A stretch of DNA of 64,000 nt, from contig CAXXLX010000001.1 of NCBI GenBank assembly GCA_963665235.2, positions 1,568,001 through 1,632,000 of the forward strand. The letters run 5' to 3'. This document shows, piece after piece, positions 19,038 to 28,230 of this stretch. The notes under the pieces are model-generated. The model worked only from the letters and a program-made list of their open reading frames with translations. It was not told the origin of the DNA and ran no database searches. The DNA is from Candidatus Poribacteria bacterium (GTDB taxonomy: Bacteria; Poribacteria; WGA-4E; WGA-3G). Within the stretch, counting starts at the first letter, position 1. The number at the start of each line of letters is the position of its first letter. The position numbers and the translations under genes are program-made.

Positions 19038-21575
19038 CTATTTTCGTATTACCATTCGCCGCGTAGCCGTTATACCTTCTGCGGAGAGTGTGTAGAAATA
19101 CACCCCGCTTGCGACCGGTTCACCGCGCTCATTTTTTCCATCCCAATAGGCGGCACGGTTCCGATTTTGATAAATACCGGCAGGCTGATGCCCTAACTTT
19201 AGCACTCGAACCAAGTGCCCCGTGGCAGAATAGATTCGAAGTGTCACCTCGGCGGCGTTTGCCAACTGATAAGGTATCCATGTCTCCGGGTTGAACGGGT
19301 TCGGGTAGTTCGGGAGCAGCACAGTCTTTTCAGGAATTAATACAGTCAAAAGTTGCTCAAGCATGGCAATCCCTTTCTGTAAAGTAGGGGTGTTGCTGCT
19401 AACTTGCCGCGCGTGGCTTAACCAATCTTGCACCTCCGCAGCGGTAAGCAGGTCTATAGGGTGTGAACTGCTAGAGGGTGCCCCGCTTCCGTTTTCGAGT
19501 GCAGCGGCAACTAACAAAATATCCTCTATGTTGACGATGCCATCTGCGTTCACATCGGCATCACTCTCCCGTTCAGACTGCCCGAGTTGGGAGGCAACAA
19601 AGATTAGATCTTGAAGGTCTACGACACCATCACGATTCACATCCTCAGCGTGTTGGACGGGGTCAACGGTCCCGTCTGAAAGAGTGGTAGCATCCCACAA
19701 AAGCACCGTCCCATCCCAACTTCCACTTGCAAGCGTTTTTCCATCAGGACTAAAGACGATATTATGAACCGTATACCTATGTCCTGTGCGGATAAGTTTC
19801 AGGTCGCCAGTCGCAACATCCCAAAATCGCAGTTCCCAAAATCGCCGTGAGGTGTCCTCATAGTTTCCCCCACTACTAACGAGCGTTCTACCGTCAATAC
19901 TGAAGGCGAGCCTATTTACCCCATCAGTATATCCTGTATGGATAACGCGCGATTCATCGGTGGCAACATCCCATAGAATAATCGTATTGTCCTCACTACC
20001 ACTTGCAACTATGCTAGCATCCGGATTAAATGCAACGTCATATACACGGTCTGTATGCCCTGTGAAGAGCCCTATCTGGTTGCCAGACGCAACATCCCAC
20101 AAACGCACTGTCCCGTCGTGACTTCCGCTCACAAGGATACGACTATCCTGACTGAGGTCAATTGAAGTAACCCCCGCCGTATGTCCAGCAAATGCCGCTG
20201 TGTGAGTGCGACCCAAACGCCATATATGCACCGCTGTACTGGTATCGCTCGCTCCCGCGAGAAATTGACCATCTGGACTGAAGACAACCTCGCTAAATCC
20301 CCAACTAGTGTTTAACCTGTCTCCACCATATCCTTTGAGCGTTGCAACGTACGTCCCACGGCTCACATCCCAAAGAAGGACTGTTGAATATGAATAACAA
20401 GCGAGGGTGTTTCCATCCGGACTGAAAGCTAAACTACTATTAGATGACCAATCCGCCAAATATAGTCCTGCTTTGTATTCGGCTGTAGCAGGAGCCCATA
20501 GATGGATTTCTTCCCTGCTTGCAGTAGCGAGGGTTTTTCCATCCGGACTGAAGGCGAGCCCTGAAACTCCCATCGTATGACCTTTAATAGACAGCTTGCG
20601 TGCCCCGCTCTTAACGTCCCACAGAAATAGCGCGTCTCCGCCACCGCTCGCGAGGGTAGTGCCATCCGGGCTGAAAGCGATACCATCAATTCCTTCTATA
20701 TGCCCGGGAAGTTCGCCTATATACGTACCATCAACAGTATTCCAAAGATGCAAACCTTCATATCCACCCCCAGCAATCGTGCTGCCATCTGGACTGAGCG
20801 CAATGTGATATGTCTCTGAATCTGCTCTGAATTTTTGCTGTTTCCTAGTCTCAATATCCCACAAGACGATAGTGCTACCGTCCACACTTATAAGTTTGCT
20901 ACTATCCTGGCTGAAAAGTAGACGACCATACCCGCGCGCGTACTCGGATAAAGTGGTTTTGTGTGTAGCAGTTGTAACATTCCACAAGCGTAACGTTTTA
21001 TCGTAACCCTGACTCGCAAGTGTGGTGCCATCAGGACTAAACGCAACTGTGTAGACATAGCCCGCATGGCCGGTAAACGTGGCTTTTTGCTCGCCAGTGG
21101 TAAGTGACCAAAGCTGAATATCTTCTCCGACACCGCAGGCAAACATCTTACTATCTGCACTGAAGGAGACCCTATTTGCACTGTAGGAGATCCTACGAAT
21201 ATCCTCCGCATCCGCTTTTAGTATCGCTTTCACACTGTTAGTTGTGAGGTTGCGTACCTGCACTGTCCCGTCCGTGGCCAAACTAATATACGTACGGGCA
21301 TCCGGACTCACCCCGATAAAAGTTGACGTACCTGATCCTATAAAATCCAATTCCACACCGGTGTGCGTATCATAAATCCATAAACCTATAGAACTTTCAA
21401 CAATCAGCCGGTTGCCATCAGGGGAAAACATTAAATTCTCTACAGACCCCTTACCAAAGCGTGATATTGCCCCCTCAGGTAAATCCCACCGTGTATAATC
21501 TTCCGCAAAAACGCTCGAGAGAAAAAGCGGGAAAATCAGCAGTAATGCTAAAAGCGACAGTTTTATATTTTTCAT
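19038..21575 (-). CDS. Secreted WD40/dockerin/FlgD-Ig protein, subfamily B (B3, first gene of the array)
   Basis: Close paralog of B1/B2; carries a 15-bp duplication (RRFWELRFWD). Confidence 0.9.
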   Translation of the reverse strand: MKNIKLSLLALLLIFPLFLSSVFAEDYTRWDLPEGAISRFGKGSVENLMFSPDGNRLIVESSIGLWIYDTHTGVELDFIGSGTSTFIGVSPDARTYISLATDGTVQVRNLTTNSVKAILKADAEDIRRISYSANRVSFSADSKMFACGVGEDIQLWSLTTGEQKATFTGHAGYVYTVAFSPDGTTLASQGYDKTLRLWNVTTATHKTTLSEYARGYGRLLFSQDSSKLISVDGSTIVLWDIETRKQQKFRADSETYHIALSPDGSTIAGGGYEGLHLWNTVDGTYIGELPGHIEGIDGIAFSPDGTTLASGGGDALFLWDVKSGARKLSIKGHTMGVSGLAFSPDGKTLATASREEIHLWAPATAEYKAGLYLADWSSNSSLAFSPDGNTLACYSYSTVLLWDVSRGTYVATLKGYGGDRLNTSWGFSEVVFSPDGQFLAGASDTSTAVHIWRLGRTHTAAFAGHTAGVTSIDLSQDSRILVSGSHDGTVRLWDVASGNQIGLFTGHTDRVYDVAFNPDASIVASGSEDNTIILWDVATDESRVIHTGYTDGVNRLAFSIDGRTLVSSGGNYEDTSRRFWELRFWDVATGDLKLIRTGHRYTVHNIVFSPDGKTLASGSWDGTVLLWDATTLSDGTVDPVQHAEDVNRDGVVDLQDLIFVASQLGQSERESDADVNADGIVNIEDILLVAAALENGSGAPSSSSHPIDLLTAAEVQDWLSHARQVSSNTPTLQKGIAMLEQLLTVLIPEKTVLLPNYPNPFNPETWIPYQLANAAEVTLRIYSATGHLVRVLKLGHQPAGIYQNRNRAAYWDGKNERGEPVASGVYFYTLSAEGITATRRMVIRK

Positions 21576-21647
21576 TTTTCTACCCTTCGCCGTGTTGCTG
21601 TGAACTGTTCAACAGACAGCCTGAATTCTAAGCTTACCCCTATACTA

Positions 21648-21663
21648 TGCAATTTATATGCCA
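21648..21663 (-). promoter_or_regulatory. Sigma-54 (-24/-12) promoter candidate for the WD40 array
   Basis: Minus strand TGGCATATAAATTGCA matches TGGCA-N6-TTGCA, ~70 bp upstream of the B3 start. Confidence 0.65.
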
Positions 21664-21760
21664 ACATTCAAATTGCGATAAACTGCTATATCCCAATTCG
21701 TTTATGCCCGTAAACGTGCAGAATCTGCTGCTGACTGCACGTTTTGGTGCATTTATAACT

Positions 21761-21799
21761 CACCGCAAAACGAACCGCAAAACCGCAAAACCGCAAAAC
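21761..21799. repeat. Short (A)ACCGCAAA tandem repeat
   Basis: caccgcaaaacgaaccgcaaaaccgcaaaaccgcaaaac in the divergent intergenic region. Confidence 0.6.
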
Positions 21800-21860
21800 T
21801 TCCTTGCGCGCAGCAGCGAAATTCTGCTATACTATTTCCAAACGTTTTTAGGATTAGCTT

Positions 21861-24395
21861 ATGCAGTTCATTAAACACTTTTCAGAAATTGATGAGAGTG
21901 ACCTTCCGCATGTCGGTGGAAAGGGGTTGAACCTCGGAAAGTTGACGAGGGCGGGGTTTCCGGTCCCGCAAGGTTTCTGTGTCACAACGGATGCATACCG
22001 ATTTGCCGTTAAAGATGTATCAGAACAGAACGCGAGCAGTGTTAAAGACGTTGCGTTGCCGCCAGAGCTCATCACGGCGATTCACACGGCACGGGAAAAA
22101 CTACAGACAACTACAGTTGCAGTCCGCTCTAGCGCAACTGCCGAGGATTTGGAAGAGGCGAGTTTCGCTGGACAACAGGACAGCTTTTTGAACGTAACAC
22201 CTGATACCCTTTTAGACGCATTGAAGACGTGTTGGAGCTCCCTCTGGTCGGAACGAGCAATTGCTTATCGCCGCACACAAGATATTCCCGATGAGGGATT
22301 AGCGATGGCCGTTGTTATCCAAGAGATGTGTGAAGCAGATGTCTCCGGGGTGCTTTTTACTGTTAACCCCTTCAACGAAAATAGCTGTGTTATCGAGGCA
22401 AATTGGGGATTAGGCGAATCGGTTGTCTCCGGTGCTATTACACCCGATAGCTTTCAGGTATCGCGGGAAACAGGGGAGGTCTTAGAAAAAACCGTCGCCA
22501 CAAAATGTGAGATGATAACCGCATCCGGTGTCCGTGAGGTGCCCCCTACACAACAAGATGTTCCAAGTCTTACCGATGAACAATTGAAAAAGTTAGCACA
22601 ACTCGGTCAGCAGGTTGAAACCCTCTATGGACAACCGATGGATATCGAATGGGCACTCACCGATGGAACGTTCGTTCTACTACAAGCGAGACCGATTACA
22701 ACCGAGGCCGTCGAAACAACTAGGATAACACACGCCACCCCGCTTGAAAAATTACGCCAGACAGAAATCCAACGTCTTGAGGCAATTACGGATGTTCACG
22801 GCACGGTGTGGAGCCATCACAATCTCGCTGAAGTCTTACCCGCACCGTTACCTATGACCTGGGGAATTATCAAAGAATTTATGTCGGGGACCGGGGGGTT
22901 AGGCAAAGCGTATCGCAGCTTAGGGTTTTATCCGAGTCAGCGGGTGGATAGAGAGGGTATTCTTGACCTGATCTGTGGACGAATTTACGTTAATTTAAAC
23001 CGTGAGGCGGAACTATTCTTTGATGGCTTCCCGTTTGCACACGATTTCGCCGAATTGAAGCAGAACTCCCAAAAAGCGATGTACGCACAAGCTGCTTTTA
23101 ATATCAATCGTAGTACTGCATCGTTTTGGCTCAGACTTCCACGCCACATCGTCCGTATGGTGAAAGCGGAATCGCGCCTGAGACGCTGCCTCACAGACTT
23201 CGAGCAGGTGCTGACAACACAGGTATTTCCACAGTTTCAGGAGGATGTGGAACGGGAACGCCAGGTATCGTACGCAGAACTTTCAGATGCGGAATTGGTA
23301 GCGAAGTTTCAGGAATGGTGCCAAAAAACGTTGGATGAGTTTGCGCCTAAAGCTCTCACTGCCGCGATTCTCGCCGCTTTTTCGCTCCAACGATTGGAAG
23401 CTGCACTCCAGAAATGTCTCAATGAAACCGAAGCAAAGGCGTTAGCAAGCCGACTTATCGGGGGACTCTCTGGAAACCTTACCGTTGAAACGAACGAAAA
23501 GTTAAGACAGGTAGCAAATGGACACCTGCCCCTCACAGATTTTCTAAGGGATTACGGGCACCGCGCTGTGGGTGAATTTGAATTGGCACAGCCACGGTGG
23601 CGTGAAGATACAACCTACCTCGAACAGTTGATTGAGGCTTTCTGTCAAGACACCACAGCGGACAACGAAAAGGGACAGGTTTTTGAACGGCAAATAGAAC
23701 AGCATGAGATGGCAGAAAAAACACTCGCTGAACTCGTTAGCGGCAAAACAGGTTTGCGCAAACGGATTGAAAACGCATTGGCACTTACAAGACGATATAT
23801 GCCTTTCAGGGAAACCGCCAAGTTTTACATGATGCTCGGTTATGAACAGCTCCGCCGCGCTTTGATGACGTTAGATGCCCGTTATCAACTCGATGGCGGC
23901 ATTTTCTACCTCGTCCCGGAGGAATTGGAACAGCTGATTACGGGTGAAACGTTCGACCCTATCATTGCCGAACGCAGGGCACATCGCGAACTCTTGCTAC
24001 AGATTGAGGTGCCGGATGTTATCTTCAGTGATTCCCTGACGTGTATCGGCACGCCGATGCAGGCAGCCGCAGCCGAAACATACACAGGAATAGGCGTTTC
24101 CGCTGGGGTGGCAAAAGGACGCGCACGTGTGCTTTTGACACCGGCAGATATCCAACCGGCTGAGCGAGATTACGTTCTCGTCTGCCCCTCAACTGACCCT
24201 GCATGGACACCGCTTTTTCTCCACGCCGCAGCACTTGTGATGGAACGAGGCGGGCTGCTGTCGCATGGGGCAGTGGTCGCAAGAGAGTACGGCGTGCCAG
24301 CCGTTGCAAACATTCCGAATGCAACGCGGTCTATCCTTGATGGGCAGATGCTTCAGGTCGATGGCACGCAAGGGACGGTATCAATTGTCTCCTGA
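21861..24395 (+). CDS. PEP-utilising phosphotransferase with rifampin phosphotransferase (Rph)-like domain order
   Basis: N-terminal PPDK_N (VGGKG, AVRSSATAEDL..ASFAGQ, DIEWA, LQARPIT); C-terminal swivel His domain (TDPAWTPLF, GGLLSHGAVVAREYG). Confidence 0.8.
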   Translation: MQFIKHFSEIDESDLPHVGGKGLNLGKLTRAGFPVPQGFCVTTDAYRFAVKDVSEQNASSVKDVALPPELITAIHTAREKLQTTTVAVRSSATAEDLEEASFAGQQDSFLNVTPDTLLDALKTCWSSLWSERAIAYRRTQDIPDEGLAMAVVIQEMCEADVSGVLFTVNPFNENSCVIEANWGLGESVVSGAITPDSFQVSRETGEVLEKTVATKCEMITASGVREVPPTQQDVPSLTDEQLKKLAQLGQQVETLYGQPMDIEWALTDGTFVLLQARPITTEAVETTRITHATPLEKLRQTEIQRLEAITDVHGTVWSHHNLAEVLPAPLPMTWGIIKEFMSGTGGLGKAYRSLGFYPSQRVDREGILDLICGRIYVNLNREAELFFDGFPFAHDFAELKQNSQKAMYAQAAFNINRSTASFWLRLPRHIVRMVKAESRLRRCLTDFEQVLTTQVFPQFQEDVERERQVSYAELSDAELVAKFQEWCQKTLDEFAPKALTAAILAAFSLQRLEAALQKCLNETEAKALASRLIGGLSGNLTVETNEKLRQVANGHLPLTDFLRDYGHRAVGEFELAQPRWREDTTYLEQLIEAFCQDTTADNEKGQVFERQIEQHEMAEKTLAELVSGKTGLRKRIENALALTRRYMPFRETAKFYMMLGYEQLRRALMTLDARYQLDGGIFYLVPEELEQLITGETFDPIIAERRAHRELLLQIEVPDVIFSDSLTCIGTPMQAAAAETYTGIGVSAGVAKGRARVLLTPADIQPAERDYVLVCPSTDPAWTPLFLHAAALVMERGGLLSHGAVVAREYGVPAVANIPNATRSILDGQMLQVDGTQGTVSIVS

Positions 24396-24443
24396 ACATT
24401 TTTTGTCACGTTAGTATTTTAGCGTTAAGTTAATTGGAAACCA

Positions 24444-24762
24444 CTGTAGGAGCGAGTTGTGCTCGCGATATTCTTCTGTAGGAGCGTGCTGTGCTCGCGA
24501 TATTCTTCTGTAGGAGCGTGCTGTGCTCGCGATATTCTTCTGTAGGAAGTTGTGCTCGCGATATTCTTCTGTAGGAAGTTGTGCTCGCGATATTCTTCTG
24601 TAGGAATCGCGATATTCTTCTGTAAATTGTGCACGCGATATTCTTCTGTAGGAGCGAGTGTGTCGCGATATTCTTCTGTAGGAGCGCTGTGACGCGATAT
24701 TCTTCTGTAGGAGCTGTTGTGCTCGCGATATTCTTCTGTAGGAGCGTGCTGTGCACGCGATA
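24444..24762 (+). repeat. Tandem array of 11 REP-like units (full unit 32 bp)
   Basis: Unit CTGTAGGAGCG(A/T)G(C/T)TGTGCTCGCGATATTCTT; most internal units have deletions in the hairpin. Confidence 0.9.
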
Positions 24763-24789
24763 CTTCGTATGCCTTGCAAGAGATAAAAC

Positions 24790-25869
24790 ATGATATTTAG
24801 GACATATTCAGATAAACTCAAACAGAAACGGCGGAAAACTCGGCGAGCGTTCGTGACCTCGCTGCTCTTGCACGCTATTGCAATCGGAATTTTGAGCCTC
24901 ACTTACATCAAATGGTATCGTCCGATGCTTTCTTCTCAACCGCTACTTTCTGAAGCGATTACCGTAACGAACATCCAACGTTTTCACACAAATAGCACTC
25001 GTAAACGTCCGATGCCTACTGCGCGGCGGTCCATCTCTTCAACGACAGAGGTGCCACAGCTTGGCAATCAACGGGCTGTACGGTTGAATTCAACGCAGCC
25101 TATTGCAGCGAGCCCCTCGGCATTCACGATTGGAACGAAAGCGCGGCTGCCAGTCGCAGAAACCGCACTCAGTGAACACCTAACAGAATCCCCCCAGTTA
25201 ACAGCACGGCGGAACGTGCCGACTCCCTTTAAAATCGGCCCGCCGCTTGACGTAAAGCAGGAAGAAACGGCACAGCAAGGCACACCTACTACCTTACAAA
25301 ATGCTCCGCAACCTGTTAACCGGGACGCACGCATGGGTGAAGCCTTAGAGGGTATCGCTGAAAGCATCGCTGATGGCGGAGAAGAGAAAAGCGTCGACAT
25401 CGTTTTTCTGCTCGACATCAGCGGCAGCATGATTGATAATATCCGAGCCGTCGGTAGACAACTCAGTCGCATGGTGACAGTCTTTGAAGAAAAAGGGGTT
25501 GACTTCACGCTCGGAATCGTTATCTTCAGATACCTCGAAGGCGATACCATTATACACCCACAGACGCGAGATAGTGAAAAATATAAGCGATTGCTAACTT
25601 CACACGTCGTCGCTGCTGCCGGGGATGAACGGGCACATAATGCTATCGTAAAAACAATCCGCCGCACCGATTTTCGCGAAGAAGCCAAACGCAGGTTTAT
25701 CCTCGTTACCGATGAAGCAAGCAAAGGCTCTTATTCGCTCTCGGACGTGTTAGTGCAGTGTTGGCAAAACCAAATCACCGTAGACGTAATCGGTATTAAT
25801 CATACAACACATCGGGCACTCACCGTTAAAACAGGCGGACTCTGGTACCCGATTCCCAAACAGGAGTAA
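24790..25869 (+). CDS. Membrane-anchored von Willebrand factor A domain protein
   Basis: N-terminal TM (AFVTSLLLHAIAIGIL), Pro/Thr linker, DIVFLLDISGSM MIDAS, ILVTDE. Confidence 0.85.
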   Translation: MIFRTYSDKLKQKRRKTRRAFVTSLLLHAIAIGILSLTYIKWYRPMLSSQPLLSEAITVTNIQRFHTNSTRKRPMPTARRSISSTTEVPQLGNQRAVRLNSTQPIAASPSAFTIGTKARLPVAETALSEHLTESPQLTARRNVPTPFKIGPPLDVKQEETAQQGTPTTLQNAPQPVNRDARMGEALEGIAESIADGGEEKSVDIVFLLDISGSMIDNIRAVGRQLSRMVTVFEEKGVDFTLGIVIFRYLEGDTIIHPQTRDSEKYKRLLTSHVVAAAGDERAHNAIVKTIRRTDFREEAKRRFILVTDEASKGSYSLSDVLVQCWQNQITVDVIGINHTTHRALTVKTGGLWYPIPKQE

Positions 25870-25873
25870 AAAC

Positions 25874-26638
25874 ATGAAATGGTCTTTAAATACATATCAA
25901 ACATGCCAGGACTGGGAACTCCAGCGGATACTTGATACGGCTGAAGCTACTGGTTACCATGGCGTTGAACTGCTAATGGATTACAGACAGAAACACGGAT
26001 TTGAGTGGGATACCCCCAAAGACGCATGGGCAGGTTTGAAATCGGTAGTGGACGCGAGTGGTGTTGTTATCTCCTCTCTAACGAGTTGTCAAAATTTCCA
26101 CTCCGAAAACGCAGACGACCGAGCCGAAACCGTCCGACGTGTCACACGCGTCATCGACATGGCGGAATTCATGGAATGCAACCATGTCCGCGTACTCGGA
26201 GACCGGTATACTGAGGAGAACCGAGACGCTGTTATCGGCTATGTAATTGATGGACTGAAAGCCCTCGGCACCTATGCCGGTGAAAAGGATATTACTGTCT
26301 CCATTGAGATGCACGGCTCTTTCACCAATCCCGATTCAGCAATGGCGGTGATTGAAGGTGTAAATCTTTCGAACGTCGGTTTCGTTTTCAATTCACAGTT
26401 TGTCGGTTGCGATGCGGGAAGTATTGAACCGCTCTTTTCGCGTGTGGCTCCGCACATTACCGCAGTGCATACACACAAAGTAGAGGCACTAGAAACGTTT
26501 GAGCTCTACCGACAAATGTTTGAATGGCTGAAACGCATCGGTTTCTCAGGCTACATATCTAACGAGTGCGCTTATACCGGACCAGACCCGGAGAAAGTCC
26601 TCGCGCTCTACGTTGGACTTTTCAAGGCTTTTGTGTAG
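25874..26638 (+). CDS. Sugar phosphate isomerase/epimerase (xylose-isomerase-like TIM barrel)
   Basis: GYHGVEL, IEMHG, GFSGYISNE. Confidence 0.8.
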   Translation: MKWSLNTYQTCQDWELQRILDTAEATGYHGVELLMDYRQKHGFEWDTPKDAWAGLKSVVDASGVVISSLTSCQNFHSENADDRAETVRRVTRVIDMAEFMECNHVRVLGDRYTEENRDAVIGYVIDGLKALGTYAGEKDITVSIEMHGSFTNPDSAMAVIEGVNLSNVGFVFNSQFVGCDAGSIEPLFSRVAPHITAVHTHKVEALETFELYRQMFEWLKRIGFSGYISNECAYTGPDPEKVLALYVGLFKAFV

Positions 26639-26683
26639 ACAATACCAAATTGGCGGAACGGAGAACCCGGCGGCATTTGCCTA

Positions 26684-27568
26684 TCACCGTACTGCGCTGC
26701 AATCCACGGAAACCGTTAGCTCATGTGTGCCACTTCCGAAAACAACACCCTTCAGCGGCGTTACGTCTGCGTAATCTCTCCCCCAGGCAACCGTGATGTG
26801 CCGGTCCGTTGGTTTACGATTATTGGTCGGGTCAAAATCTATCCAGCCGACATCTGGCAGATAGACAGAAAACCACGCATGCGAAGCATCCGCGCCGACC
26901 AACGGTTTTCCATCAGGCGGTGGTAACGTTTCAATATAACCGCTGATGTAACGTGCTGCCAATCCCATTGCGCGTAGGCAGCCGATACCGAGGTGTGCAA
27001 AATCTTGGCAGACACCGCGCCGATGTTTTATCACATCCGCTAATGGCGTTGCAATTGTCGTAAAATTGGGGTCGTAAGTGAAATCGGTATAGAGGCGAGC
27101 AGTTAAATCGCTTACAGCCTCAAGCACCGGGCGGCCCCGCGTGAACGAACTCTCCGCATAAGCTCGTAATTCAGGCATGCTTGGAATCATCGGTGAGGCA
27201 AGCATGTATTGTCGGACCTCCAAAATCTCTGCATTCTGGTCTGTGTGTACCCGCTGCTGAATCCCTTCCCACGCTATGTTTGCGGCTGCATCCCCTTGTA
27301 TCTCTTGAACTTTGACCTCCACATCGCTCACAACCGTTACGGTAAGTTGTTGATGGGGCCGCTGGATTGTAAAATAGCAAACGGTATTTCCGAAGAAATC
27401 CTCCCGTTCCCGATAGCCGGTCGGCTCCGGTTCAACGGTGAATTTGCTACGAGTGCAGACTTGTCGTGCAAAACTCCGGGGGGTCAAACGGGCTTCGTTA
27501 TAACAGAGGTTAACGATGTTGCTATAACTGTACTGTGTATTGTGGGTAATCTTATAGGTGGTATTCAC
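26684..27568 (-). CDS. Transglutaminase-like protein (Bact_transglu_N + core)
   Basis: GVCQDFAH, ARYISGY, ASHAW, FDPTN, WGRDYADV. Confidence 0.9.
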   Translation of the reverse strand: MNTTYKITHNTQYSYSNIVNLCYNEARLTPRSFARQVCTRSKFTVEPEPTGYREREDFFGNTVCYFTIQRPHQQLTVTVVSDVEVKVQEIQGDAAANIAWEGIQQRVHTDQNAEILEVRQYMLASPMIPSMPELRAYAESSFTRGRPVLEAVSDLTARLYTDFTYDPNFTTIATPLADVIKHRRGVCQDFAHLGIGCLRAMGLAARYISGYIETLPPPDGKPLVGADASHAWFSVYLPDVGWIDFDPTNNRKPTDRHITVAWGRDYADVTPLKGVVFGSGTHELTVSVDCSAVR

Positions 27569-27574
27569 TACGGC

Positions 27575-27742
27575 TAAGGTCTCCGTGTGCTTCTTTTAGC
27601 ACATCGACCCCTCATAAGTAATTCCTGCTTCCGCGTCTCGTGCCTCAAAAAGAGGTCTTATTTGCGCTCCACAAGCGTTTAGACTCTCGGTATATCCTAC
27701 CGCGAGGTTTCTCAAGTTGATTGCAGCGTTGAGGTCCCTATC
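27575..27742 (-). mobile_element. Relic 3' end of an IS200/IS605/IS607 tnpB with overlapping omega/reRNA-like region
   Basis: 27742-27596 translates DRDLNAAINLRNLAVGYTESLNACGAQIRP...*; contains AACGCTTGTGGAG and GAAGCAGGAA typical of tnpB 3' ends. Confidence 0.75.
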
Positions 27743-27747
27743 TGGCT

Positions 27748-27768
27748 GGGTGTGTAAAGTTTTTGTAC
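27748..27768 (+). repeat. GGGTGTGTAAAGTTTT dispersed repeat (possible MITE/IS end)
   Basis: Also at 28572, 38906 and inverted at 50715-50734. Confidence 0.65.
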
Positions 27769-27827
27769 TTTAATGTGTCAACTTAAGGATCTTTCCGGAG
27801 TGTGTAAATATTTTGGACTTATGTCTC

Positions 27828-27940
27828 AATTGGCAATTAGCGATTGGCAATTAGCGATTGGCAATTAGCGATTGGCAAGAAGTTTGTGATTCTAATCAGG
27901 TTTATGACGCGCGTCAGAAATGACTCCCTCTTGCTAACGG
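27828..27940. repeat. Heptamer-repeat element (AATTAGC/GATTGGC)n with conserved core
   Basis: Related copy at 28333-28463 shares GTTT.TGATTCTAA and GCGCGTCAGA; similar heptamers at 50640-50680. Confidence 0.7.
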
Positions 27941-27963
27941 TTTCCAACAGCTAATTTGCCTCG

Positions 27964-28230
27964 TTACGCCTCTATATCCTCTATGGATTGCACCTCTACC
28001 GCTTGTGTGAGGATTGAATCTAGCCGTTGGAGACTGCGCATTCTCCCGATTTTACGGGTGAGTGTATCGGGAACATCGCCAAAACGGAAGTGTAACACTT
28101 TCAGGATAGCCTCCCGCTTCGCACGAACCACCCCGCGCTGTTCACCGATTTCTATGCCGCGCTGTTCACCGCGCTGTTCACCGATTTCTATACCTTGTTC
28201 CATCAACTCGTGTGCTATTGTGCGTTTCAT
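27964..28230 (-). CDS. Small C-terminal Rpn-family product (RpnS-like, DUF4351-type), 88 aa
   Basis: MKRTIAHELMEQGIEIGEQRGEQRG...VLHFRFGDVP; GGAGGT Shine-Dalgarno 7 nt before ATG 28230. Confidence 0.65.
   Translation of the reverse strand: MKRTIAHELMEQGIEIGEQRGEQRGIEIGEQRGVVRAKREAILKVLHFRFGDVPDTLTRKIGRMRSLQRLDSILTQAVEVQSIEDIEA

Noticed and set aside
6331-21211. Many repeated antisense or alternate-frame ORFs in the array
   Set aside because: Shadows of the paralogous WD40 codon pattern; no RBS or independent motifs.
6249-21575. Diversity-generating retroelement acting on the WD40 genes
   Set aside because: No reverse transcriptase or non-coding template repeat here, and the substitutions examined are not adenine-specific.
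21780-21812. Rifamycin-associated element upstream of the Rph-like gene
   Set aside because: Only a weak CGCAA...TTGCG inversion within a simple repeat; cannot be supported.
24444-24762. CRISPR array
   Set aside because: Variable parts are only ~2-15 bp and are deletion variants of one sequence; no cas genes in the window.
24411-24902. ORFs with SYRRISRAQ / LLQKNIAS / PTEEYREH repeats
   Set aside because: These are translations of the REP array in three frames, antisense to the neighbouring genes.
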